A program made the translations under genes and the position numbers. Under the pieces are notes generated by a model that saw only the letters and a program-made list of their open reading frames with translations, made no database searches and was not told where the DNA came from. From the IMG/VR virus record IMGVR_UViG_3300027608_000013: DNA of 64,000 nt. The stretch is one strand, 5' to 3'. Source of the DNA: a virus. Below, piece by piece: positions 1-7,757 of this stretch (its first letter is position 1; every line of letters begins with the position of its first letter).

Positions 1-159
1 AACCAATGACACCACCAAAAGTTGTTGGTGGATATAAATTAGGTAAACAAACAAGTAATAACCTCCAATTTACTATGACACATAAACCAATTTGGTTTCA
101 CAGACAAATGATGAGAATATTTTTTGGTTGGTATTGGTTTGACGTAAAATAAAAATAAG

Positions 160-288
160 ATGGAAATAATAAATATAGGAATTGACAGATATCAAGTAGT
201 AGATTTAAAATCAAAAGATGTTTTTTTTGAAGGGACATGGTGTGAATGTCTTGAATATTATTATAACAAAACATCTAAATCAGAATAG
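160..288 (+). CDS. small hypothetical protein (42 aa, ends ...SKSE)
   Basis: Read by hand from ATG160 to TAG288; ends in the repeated junction AAATCAGAATAGAATG. Confidence 0.55.
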   Translation: MEIINIGIDRYQVVDLKSKDVFFEGTWCECLEYYYNKTSKSE

Positions 289-289
289 A

Positions 290-508
290 ATGAAAACAAA
301 AGAAATTATTGAAGAATTTGCTAAAAATAAATATGGTGAAGGATATAACACAGTAGACATTAGACATGCCTTTGTAGATGGTGCTGAATACCAAGCTAAA
401 AGAATGTATAGTGAGGAAGAAGTGTTATCATTAATATTAAAATTTAATGATGATAAACCAGGTGGGTTTGACGCTTCAGGATGGTTTGAACAATTTAAAA
501 AGAAATAA
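290..508 (+). CDS. hypothetical phage protein (MKTKEIIEE...RMYSEEEV...WFEQFKKK)
   Basis: ORF track 218..508; ATG290 directly follows the junction repeat and is the likelier start. Confidence 0.7.
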   Translation: MKTKEIIEEFAKNKYGEGYNTVDIRHAFVDGAEYQAKRMYSEEEVLSLILKFNDDKPGGFDASGWFEQFKKK

Positions 509-530
509 TTAACCTTTAAATCAGAATAGA

Positions 531-707
531 ATGACACACATTAATGAAATAAAAATAGATGGTGAAGGTAAATGGAATAAACAATTTAACCTTTGCTCTG
601 AACTATTTATGAAAGCACAAGATGAATCTTTAACTGAAGAGGAAAGAAAAAACTATTTAGATAAATGGTTTGAAGAAAGACAAAGATTAGAACTTGGAAT
701 TTATTAA
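531..707 (+). CDS. small hypothetical protein (58 aa)
   Basis: Read by hand, MTHINEIKID...LELGIY*, flanked by junction repeats. Confidence 0.6.
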   Translation: MTHINEIKIDGEGKWNKQFNLCSELFMKAQDESLTEEERKNYLDKWFEERQRLELGIY

Positions 708-727
708 CCTTTAAATCAGAATAGAAT

Positions 728-910
728 ATGAAAACCTTAATTAAATTAGTCGTATTGCTTGTTGCAATTATTATTTTTGCATGTATTGCAGTTTTAATAA
801 CATCAAGCCAACCATTTATCGCATTACCACCAGAAATGCAATTATTAGGAATATCAAGCATTGCAGTTGCAATTGCTATCACGTTTAATTATATATCAAA
901 ACTCATATAA
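728..910 (+). CDS. small membrane protein (two hydrophobic segments)
   Basis: ORF track; hydrophobic stretches. Confidence 0.6.
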   Translation: MKTLIKLVVLLVAIIIFACIAVLITSSQPFIALPPEMQLLGISSIAVAIAITFNYISKLI

Positions 911-911
911 T

Positions 912-1205
912 ATGAATCCAGAACAAACACCTGAAAACATAGTTGACAAATTAGGTTCAGTGGCAACCTATGAAGAACAAATGGAAGAATTTTTAAAGCA
1001 ACTTTCTGAAAATATTGATCCAACGGATTATATGACACCTACGCAAAGGGAGATTGCTCGTTTGTCTTTAGATGAATTAACGGCAGAATATGAATTGGTT
1101 CAACAAAAGATTAGCACTCGCAGTTCCGCACAACGTCGTTTTATCACACAACGCTATGAGCATGAACAAGAGGTGTTGAATACGCAAACAGAAACCAATG
1201 TCTAA
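912..1205 (+). CDS. hypothetical protein
   Basis: ORF track 861..1205; likely start MNPEQ at 912. Confidence 0.6.
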   Translation: MNPEQTPENIVDKLGSVATYEEQMEEFLKQLSENIDPTDYMTPTQREIARLSLDELTAEYELVQQKISTRSSAQRRFITQRYEHEQEVLNTQTETNV

Positions 1206-1587
1206 AGTATATACCAAGCAAGAAGTTCGGATGATGCAACGTGGTCCTTCCATGTATGCTCCTGTCATTGCAAATTTTTATCCTGGCAAGAAAATGATAT
1301 TTCATGATGATGCTGGCGGTAGCATAAGTATAGAATCAGATGTTGATATACAAGATGCATTGGCCATATGGGTTCCATACCAGATACCTTTAAAGGAAGC
1401 AGGTACTACAAGTATGCGGTATGTCATTAAAAGTGCATCAGGTTCTTCTTACAATGTAACAATTGAAAATGATAAATGGTTATGTACTTGCTCCGGATTT
1501 TTGTTTCGGAAGCGTTGTAAACATATGGATATTGCAAAAGAAAAACATATAATAAAAGAAAATGAAAGTAAGAATCAATCAAATTGA
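1198..1587 (+). CDS. SWIM zinc-finger protein
   Basis: C-terminal YNVT...WLCTCSGFLFRKRCKH matches the CxC-x(n)-CxH SWIM pattern. Confidence 0.75.
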   Translation: MSKVYTKQEVRMMQRGPSMYAPVIANFYPGKKMIFHDDAGGSISIESDVDIQDALAIWVPYQIPLKEAGTTSMRYVIKSASGSSYNVTIENDKWLCTCSGFLFRKRCKHMDIAKEKHIIKENESKNQSN

Positions 1588-1930
1588 ATGTCGTTTCAGT
1601 CAAGGTCGCTATGAAATTGTTTGTTGGCAACCTAACAGTTATTATAACAAGCAGGAAGAATATCTAGCTGATGGTTGGAAACGATCTTTCGGATTTTATT
1701 GTAAAAATAATACTAGTATATCAGAACAATGCTTTGTGAATCCGGAATCATGTTATACCGTTGCAACAATGCATTATGATGCCGATGAAGGATGTTGTGA
1801 TATGCAAACGATTGGTCCTCGCTTATTGCAATTGAATTGTGAGCATCGAGAAGATTTCTTTGCAGTATATGAATTAGCAGAAGACCGAATACCAAAACAA
1901 AAAACTAATACAGAAGATGCTGAATACTAA
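1562..1930 (+). CDS. hypothetical protein
   Basis: ORF track; overlaps neighbours in operon fashion. Confidence 0.65.
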   Translation: MKVRINQIECRFSQGRYEIVCWQPNSYYNKQEEYLADGWKRSFGFYCKNNTSISEQCFVNPESCYTVATMHYDADEGCCDMQTIGPRLLQLNCEHREDFFAVYELAEDRIPKQKTNTEDAEY

Positions 1931-2336
1931 TAGAATAGAAATAAATGGCGTATGGTATGTCAGAGAAGATGCTATACAAGATCCAATTGATTTTTTAGAA
2001 GCCGATGAAATGTCAGTAACTAATTCATTGCGATGTAGCTATGATCCAACGGATTGGTGCTTTGAAGCTTCAATCCTTTTAAAGGAGAATGCAGATAGCG
2101 TTGATGAGTTTGATATTGACGGAGAACCTTGGATCCTAGTTACTGATAAACGATCTTCAGATCCTGCACGATGGATTAAGCATGACATTGATAATACAAT
2201 ATGGATGTTAGGTGTACTAGATGGAGATCTTACTTCGATGGAAGAGGCAGATGAAATGTTTGATCGCAATGGGTTATATCATTTCAAAGCTTTTTTACGG
2301 GTATTGATAAATAAAGATTGGTTAAAAACGGAATAA
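1917..2336 (+). CDS. hypothetical acidic protein
   Basis: ORF track. Confidence 0.65.
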   Translation: MLNTNRIEINGVWYVREDAIQDPIDFLEADEMSVTNSLRCSYDPTDWCFEASILLKENADSVDEFDIDGEPWILVTDKRSSDPARWIKHDIDNTIWMLGVLDGDLTSMEEADEMFDRNGLYHFKAFLRVLINKDWLKTE

Positions 2337-2337
2337 T

Positions 2338-2661
2338 ATGCCAGATTGGTACAAATTACACAGAGAGCTTGATAATGCATTAGAATCAATGTCAGATGCT
2401 AAATGGCGTGCATATCAAATCAAATCAAAAGCAGATGCCTTAACGGAACGATTCTATTACACACTTCCTAACAATGGATCTTTCACAGGTCCAAACAATG
2501 TCAATGTGCGTTGGACGGAAGCACGACAATGTGCCATTGTATGCGTAACGGAGATGTTGGATGAGTTAGAATGCATTCAATCATTAAATGAATTGTCTGC
2601 AGATTATGTAACATATTGGCAAGAAGTATTAGCGGATTTAGATCTAAATAAAAACAAATAA
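2338..2661 (+). CDS. hypothetical protein
   Basis: ORF track. Confidence 0.65.
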   Translation: MPDWYKLHRELDNALESMSDAKWRAYQIKSKADALTERFYYTLPNNGSFTGPNNVNVRWTEARQCAIVCVTEMLDELECIQSLNELSADYVTYWQEVLADLDLNKNK

Positions 2662-2663
2662 CA

Positions 2664-2840
2664 ATGACCAAAGAAGAATTATTTGCATTGGTGGATGTTG
2701 AACTGCAGGGCAACTTGCATATATTAATTGATCCAAAAAAGAAAGATAGCTTTGCACAATCCCGGATCAATGTATGGAAACAAACAATTAAAGACCGAAT
2801 ATATTATTATTTTATAGAACACGCAAACAATACTAAATGA
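2664..2840 (+). CDS. small hypothetical protein (58 aa)
   Basis: Read by hand, MTKEELFALV...ANNTK*; ATGA overlap with the next ORF. Confidence 0.55.
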   Translation: MTKEELFALVDVELQGNLHILIDPKKKDSFAQSRINVWKQTIKDRIYYYFIEHANNTK

Positions 2841-3013
2841 GTAACTTTAGATTGCCTAGAAAGATTAAAAAATATCTTAAACGACGCATGTTATATGTCT
2901 ACCCACAAGATCCGGAAAGGAAAACATATTTAGTGGCTTGGCCGCATAAGTATCAACAAGACTATGATGCATTCCGGGCTGGTATATTACGGACTATTAA
3001 AAACAAGAAATAG
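2837..3013 (+). CDS. small basic hypothetical protein (58 aa)
   Basis: Read by hand, MSNFRLPRKIKK...KNKK*. Confidence 0.55.
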   Translation: MSNFRLPRKIKKYLKRRMLYVYPQDPERKTYLVAWPHKYQQDYDAFRAGILRTIKNKK

Positions 3014-3020
3014 AAAAACC

Positions 3021-3227
3021 ATGAGACAACTTAGAATGTTACGCGACTTCTTCAGACTATGGAGACTATGGGGAGATGCAAAGGAAGCTTGGCAAGATGC
3101 TAAGATGTGGAATGCACCACGCGATCCAAAGAGATTGGATGATCCACACATCCAGGACATGCTTAAGGAATTTGATAAAGCGATCGACGATCACATAACA
3201 CAACAAAGAAATTCCCAAACTAATTAG
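3021..3227 (+). CDS. hypothetical protein
   Basis: ORF track 2964..3227; likely start MRQLR at 3021. Confidence 0.55.
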   Translation: MRQLRMLRDFFRLWRLWGDAKEAWQDAKMWNAPRDPKRLDDPHIQDMLKEFDKAIDDHITQQRNSQTN

Positions 3228-3634
3228 TAGCCGTAGTATGTTACGGATACTGCAGACAAATATCAAGTCGAAGAAGAACCCATATACGAATACATAAAGT
3301 AATACAAGTAAAGCATATAAGTATATGTATAAGAATACGTATGCATATGTATGGTATCCTTTACTAGCATGGCGTACTTGGCGGAAGAGTCTAGTATGCG
3401 TTTAAGCATTCCGTTATTTTTAATGCATTATCAGTAAAAACTCTACTCTTATATTGAGATGGTATTGCAAGTTGAGTGTCTAGTAGCATCAGAGTGGAAT
3501 GGTTAGATATCTCCCTCCCGGTCCTACTTGTTTACTAGGGGCATAGTCTCTATATTGCGATTCCATTGATATCCAACCCTAATACATGGCCTCGATGTTC
3601 TTAAACGAACTGAAAGGCGCCAATAAGGGATACG

Positions 3635-4031
3635 CTATTTTTAAGTGAAATCCCGGCTATTTTTAGGTGAAATGCCAGATCTATTTTTAGAAGGAGTGGT
3701 TCTATTTTTAGAAGGAGTGGTTCTATTTTTAGTCCAATGCACGTTCTATTTTTAGTCTCTATATATAGTGTATTTGCTTTTAGATGCATTCACGTATATA
3801 TAGCGAGTAACCTGATACCATGTATATAGTGCATGTAGTGCTGATTGCGTTCAGATTGCTAGCTATTGAGCGTCCTATTTTTAGAGCAATTGCCGTACAT
3901 TTTTAGACGATCTCCCTCTCCCCGGTCTATTTTTAGACGAAATCAGGTTATTTTTAGAAAAAATATCCTATTTTTAGACGAAATCATGTATCTGGTTTTA
4001 GTCCTATTTTTAGTCCATACCCTATTTTTAG
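3635..4031. repeat. array of ~14 CTATTTTTAG iteron-like repeats, mostly 20-24 bp apart
   Basis: Copies start at 3635, 3657, 3681, 3702, 3723, 3746, 3875, 3897, 3927, 3948, 3968, 3992, 4004 and 4022 (a few with mismatches); non-coding context. Confidence 0.85.
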
Positions 4032-4094
4032 CCCCATAAACGCATATTTAGTTCAGATCACTAGCTATACAGAGTAAACTTTTTCCGGGTTTTG

Positions 4095-4126
4095 GTTGGA
4101 TTCTGGATGTATATTCCATATAATAT
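4095..4126 (+). promoter_or_regulatory. putative promoter GTTGG-N19-TATAATAT driving the 29-aa peptide and downstream RNA
   Basis: Same 24-nt offset between boxes as the other TTGG/TTAGG promoters in the window. Confidence 0.55.
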
Positions 4127-4144
4127 AAGTGTAAGTAAGAAGAT

Positions 4145-4234
4145 ATGAAAAAAGTATTTGATACCACGCTAATCGTATTAGCAGTAGCAGGTTGGATGTT
4201 TGCAATTGCAGTAGCAGTTACAATGAGCATCTAA
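4145..4234 (+). CDS. 29-aa single-TM peptide (MKKVFDTTLIVLAVAGWMFAIAVAVTMSI)
   Basis: Read by hand; upstream promoter; hydrophobic core. Confidence 0.6.
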   Translation: MKKVFDTTLIVLAVAGWMFAIAVAVTMSI

Positions 4235-4248
4235 AACTAAAAATCAAC

Positions 4249-4426
4249 GAGGGATCGTAGCCAATGGCTCGACCTCACCATATAAGTAGGATCGTAATGT
4301 GTCGGCTTCGTGTCGTAATGAGTCGGTCCTACTACACATTTACGCGGCCTGGTTCACTCTCTTATTTTCCAGGCGGCGGCTTAAGGCACTCGGGTTCACT
4401 CTCTTATTTCCCGGGTGCTTTTTTTT
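4249..4426 (+). ncRNA. putative four-hairpin small RNA with two loops antisense to early-gene leaders
   Basis: Stems 4249-4276, 4285-4333, 4343-4378 and 4383-4421. The last two loops are TTCACTCTCTTATTT(T). G-U pairs and a U-tract at 4419-4426 indicate the + strand. Confidence 0.7.
4383..4426 (+). terminator. intrinsic terminator (last hairpin of the RNA plus U8)
   Basis: AAGGCACTCGGG/CCCGGGTGCTTT stem followed by a T-run. Confidence 0.7.
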
Positions 4427-4439
4427 ATACACAAAAAAT

Positions 4440-4459
4440 TGTGAATAACTTGTGAATAA
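4440..4459 (-). promoter_or_regulatory. two tandem DnaA-box-like sites (TTATTCACA on the - strand); third copy at 5223-5231
   Basis: TGTGAATAA at 4440-4448 and 4451-4459; fits TT(A/T)TNCACA. Confidence 0.5.
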
Positions 4460-4539
4460 CTCGTCCAAACATTTCTCCAAATAAATTAGGTTAATTGAAA
4501 TAAAATGCTTATCTTTAAGTATAATAAAAAATAAGAGTT

Positions 4540-4935
4540 ATGAAAAAAGCAAAAAAAGTAGAATTTGGAATTGAGATTACAAAGCCTTGGAGTACTGAAA
4601 TGTATGACCACAATGAGCAAGTAGCTGATGTGGTACGCGATAAATTATTTTTGATGTGGGATGCGGCCATGGAGCTATTAGAGCAATCCTTAGAGTTAAA
4701 TGATGAAGGCTTTGAAATTGACATATTAGATTTGGAATGGAAAGGATATGTTAATGATGAGTTATTGACAATTCAAAAAGCCGTTACATGTTATGGATTT
4801 GGAACGGGCTACACGGTTGGAGATGTAGCAGAGCGAGTATCACAAGAAATAATAGATGCTCAATTATATCGTTTAAATGAGATAGCAGAAGAATTAGAGT
4901 TAGAGTTAGAGAAAGGATTTGTTGGTTTTAATTAA
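4540..4935 (+). CDS. early acidic hypothetical protein
   Basis: ORF track; class A promoter and AATAAGAG leader. Confidence 0.8.
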   Translation: MKKAKKVEFGIEITKPWSTEMYDHNEQVADVVRDKLFLMWDAAMELLEQSLELNDEGFEIDILDLEWKGYVNDELLTIQKAVTCYGFGTGYTVGDVAERVSQEIIDAQLYRLNEIAEELELELEKGFVGFN

Positions 4936-5025
4936 CCAGCAAACTTTTTTGAAACTTTTCTGGTAAAAGATTAGGTTCCTAACATTATTTACCTTATCTT
5001 TATATTAATTAAAAAAATAAGAGTT

Positions 5026-5220
5026 ATGAAAAAAGTAGATTTAAAGAACAAGCAGCGAGTGTGGGTTAATAACGGCACTGACAGAGTAATGTTAGGACGA
5101 GTAAAAATGCTCCCTAACGGGTATACAACTTTAACGGATCCGAAAGGGTTTGTATTTTCAGTAGCACTTTTAGAATCTAAATATGCGGATCTGAATTTTG
5201 AAATTTACGAGCCTATATAA
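5026..5220 (+). CDS. early hypothetical protein
   Basis: ORF track; class A promoter and leader. Confidence 0.75.
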   Translation: MKKVDLKNKQRVWVNNGTDRVMLGRVKMLPNGYTTLTDPKGFVFSVALLESKYADLNFEIYEPI

Positions 5221-5313
5221 ATTGTGAATAACTTTTTTTAAAAAAGTTTCAAAAAGATTAGGTTTCGAACAAAAAAATGCTTATCTTTAAGTATAATAAA
5301 AAATAAGAGATAT

Positions 5314-5565
5314 ATGACAAAAATCAAAGTTCCAGCAAGAGTTAAAAAAAATAAGCTTGACAGCTTAACAAATTGGTTTACCCAATCCAATGCCGAGACG
5401 GCAGCCGCATTATTTGGCACTAATACCTCAAAGATTATCGTTGCATTGGATGGCACCGGCTATATGGCGTCATTTGGTAGATGCAAATCAGACGGGTTTA
5501 GTGACGGGCATTTAAAGTTTGTCAAATTGAGAAAGATTGAAGACGGGTTTTGGTCATTTATATAA
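5314..5565 (+). CDS. early hypothetical protein
   Basis: ORF track; class A promoter and leader. Confidence 0.75.
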   Translation: MTKIKVPARVKKNKLDSLTNWFTQSNAETAAALFGTNTSKIIVALDGTGYMASFGRCKSDGFSDGHLKFVKLRKIEDGFWSFI

Positions 5566-5584
5566 TTAACTAAAAATAAGAAAA

Positions 5585-5818
5585 ATGAGTTTAACAGCAA
5601 GATTAATAGACGGAGGTTGGGAAACAGTCGACCTTAAAAGAAGAAATGTAAAACCAGGAGATGCGGTTGTCAACCGCTTTGATATGTTTGGCACCTTGCT
5701 TAAGATTACCAAGAAAGGTAATTATGTAGTTAGTTTCGATATTGATTATGCAGATGATAAGCCAACTAAATTTTCAGCCCAGGAGTTTGAAAGAATCTTT
5801 CTTGTAGATAAAAGATAA
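5585..5818 (+). CDS. early hypothetical protein (possible small beta-barrel)
   Basis: ORF track; VKPGDAVV...G.LL...YVVSF pattern. Confidence 0.7.
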   Translation: MSLTARLIDGGWETVDLKRRNVKPGDAVVNRFDMFGTLLKITKKGNYVVSFDIDYADDKPTKFSAQEFERIFLVDKR

Positions 5819-5913
5819 ACATTTTCGAAAAAAAGTTTGCAAAAGATTAGTAAAAAAGGGTAACCCTTTTAAGTTTTTTGGTTATAATAGTATAAATTAA
5901 AAAGAGAGAGAAT

Positions 5914-6189
5914 ATGAAAAAGACAATGTTGGTTACCCGGATCCATAATTTGCTTGAGGCGGATTCGGATCGTAAAAAATTAATTGGATCAGCAATGGTA
6001 AAAAATCAATCCGGTTTTAGTCCATTGACACTCAATATAGCAACCGGGTTTGCTGGAGATTATGGAATTGATTCGCGAATAGATATATTATCAGGGATGC
6101 AATTAATGGATCTGGAGCTAATTGAATTAGAATTAAGCTCGATAAAAAAAGTTGGTAAAAAAGTAAAAAAAGTTGGTAAAAAAGGGTAA
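5914..6189 (+). CDS. early hypothetical protein; C-terminus runs into the promoter repeat
   Basis: ORF track; class B promoter; tail KKVGKKVKKVGKKG is encoded by the A-tract repeat. Confidence 0.7.
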   Translation: MKKTMLVTRIHNLLEADSDRKKLIGSAMVKNQSGFSPLTLNIATGFAGDYGIDSRIDILSGMQLMDLELIELELSSIKKVGKKVKKVGKKG

Positions 6190-6239
6190 CCCTTTTGAAA
6201 TATTTGGTTATAATAGTATAAATTAAAAAGAGAGAGAAT

Positions 6240-6566
6240 ATGAGTTTACAAAAGTTTTTTATGGAAGGAGCATTGGAATATGGAATTCCAGGCATTAATG
6301 TTGAAATTGTTAAGAATCCAGGATCCAAGCAAACAAAGCAGGAAACATTTAAAATTACCGACACTATTACCGGCCGGGAGTATTTTATCCGCAGTGGTGA
6401 GGTTGGGTGTGGTTGGGCCACTGTTAAATGTGGTAAGTCACGTAACGTAACCCAATATGGAGTATTGTCATTAGGCGGTGGAATCGGCCAATTGGATTTG
6501 CAGGATTCTGTATTTGTAGTGGAACGGCATATTGCTAAGCAGAGAAAAAAGTTTCAAAAAAAGTAA
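6240..6566 (+). CDS. early hypothetical protein
   Basis: ORF track; class B promoter. Confidence 0.75.
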   Translation: MSLQKFFMEGALEYGIPGINVEIVKNPGSKQTKQETFKITDTITGREYFIRSGEVGCGWATVKCGKSRNVTQYGVLSLGGGIGQLDLQDSVFVVERHIAKQRKKFQKK

Positions 6567-6661
6567 AAATAGTTGCTAAAAGATTAGGTTCCTATCATAA
6601 AAATGCTTATCTTTATATATAGGAATTAAGAGTTATAAATTAAATTAAAAAAAAAGAGAGT

Positions 6662-6853
6662 ATGGCAAGTGTAAAAAAGAATTCCGCATTTTTTCAGCAA
6701 GGAGCAGTAATAAGCAAATTGAGTGCAGATGCAAGAAAGCCGCAAGAGTTGAACGCAGTAGTTAAAGCAGCAATGTTGCAAGCAGAAAGAAACCGAGTAT
6801 ATAGAGCCGAGCAAGAAGCTAAGGCAAAATTGAATCCTCGCTTTATAAGATAA
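6662..6853 (+). CDS. early small basic helical protein
   Basis: ORF track; class A promoter. Confidence 0.7.
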   Translation: MASVKKNSAFFQQGAVISKLSADARKPQELNAVVKAAMLQAERNRVYRAEQEAKAKLNPRFIR

Positions 6854-6934
6854 GCGCGGATAAAAAAGTTGCATAAAAAGGGTAACCCTTTGCAAAAAAA
6901 AGGTTATAATAGTATAAATTAAAAAGAGAGAAAT

Positions 6935-7189
6935 ATGAAAGATTTACAGCAAATTGCATTTACAGATTTAGAAAATGACGAGATATATCTTTTGGCATTA
7001 ATTGACAACGGTTGTTATGTTCCAGAGTTAAAGGTAGCTACGGGAGCTGAAATTAAGGAATTCATATTAATGGAAAATGAGTGTATGTTTGACGATGACG
7101 ACAATCTTCTTACGGATAATGAGAAATTGCAATTAATTGAAGAAAACTTCGACGTTGAGGTATATGCACTAGCATTTATCATGCCATAA
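6935..7189 (+). CDS. early small highly acidic protein
   Basis: ORF track; class B promoter; D/E-rich. Confidence 0.75.
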   Translation: MKDLQQIAFTDLENDEIYLLALIDNGCYVPELKVATGAEIKEFILMENECMFDDDDNLLTDNEKLQLIEENFDVEVYALAFIMP

Positions 7190-7284
7190 AAAAGTTTCAA
7201 AAAAAAGATTAAAAAAAGTTTCGGAAAAAGGGTAACCCTTTTGAAATATTTGGTTATAATAGTATAAATTAAAAAGAGAGAAAA

Positions 7285-7680
7285 ATGGAAAAAGTAAATT
7301 TAGCAGAACAATTGAATGCATACGCGTCAGGAAGAATAATTGACAGCGAAGGAGACCAAAATAGTTGTTTTAACTTTTATGATTGGTTTTGCAAAGATTC
7401 ATCATTGGAGCGCAAAGCAAACATATTATTCCCTAAGGTAAAACGTTTCCTCAAAGAAAATTCAGAGATCGACATCTTAAGCACGTATGTATTCTTTAAA
7501 AATAATTGTCCGATGAATGGACCGTTGTATGACGATTTCCGCATATGTAACGAGAACGAAGTTTTATTCACAGTAATTCCCAAATGTGGCCATTCCGGCA
7601 AAGCTGAAATATGGGGAAAGAATGATTCCGGAAAATTTGAATGCTTGAAAAGCGCTAAAACATTTTCGAAACTTTTCTGA
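7285..7680 (+). CDS. early hypothetical protein (FYDWFC...FFKNNCP...LYDDFR)
   Basis: ORF track; class B promoter. Confidence 0.8.
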   Translation: MEKVNLAEQLNAYASGRIIDSEGDQNSCFNFYDWFCKDSSLERKANILFPKVKRFLKENSEIDILSTYVFFKNNCPMNGPLYDDFRICNENEVLFTVIPKCGHSGKAEIWGKNDSGKFECLKSAKTFSKLF

Positions 7681-7757
7681 GAAAAGATTAGGATCCTATC
7701 ATTATTTACCTTATCTTTAAGTATAGGAATTAAGAGTTATAAATTAAAAAAGAGAGA

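Larger units (their letters stand above)
277..730 (+). repeat. gene-junction repeat (TTAACCTTT)AAATCAGAATAGAAT(AT)G, 3 copies
   Basis: Copies at ~277-292, ~509-533 and ~704-730, each ending in the ATG of the next small ORF. Confidence 0.8.

Noticed and set aside
3635-4031. CRISPR-like array
   Set aside because: Repeats are only 10 bp with mostly ~10-14 bp spacers, some of them identical, and there are no cas genes in the window.
4343-4421. Minus-strand CsrB-like sponge displaying the leader motif
   Set aside because: G-U pairs would become A-C mismatches on the minus strand, and the U-tract terminator is on the plus strand. Not fully excluded without RNA data.
4264-4455. 63-aa ORF with repeated GSLSYFPG
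   Set aside because: The peptide repeat is simply the translation of the two identical RNA loops. The ORF lacks the phage leader and runs through a terminator, so the RNA explanation fits better.
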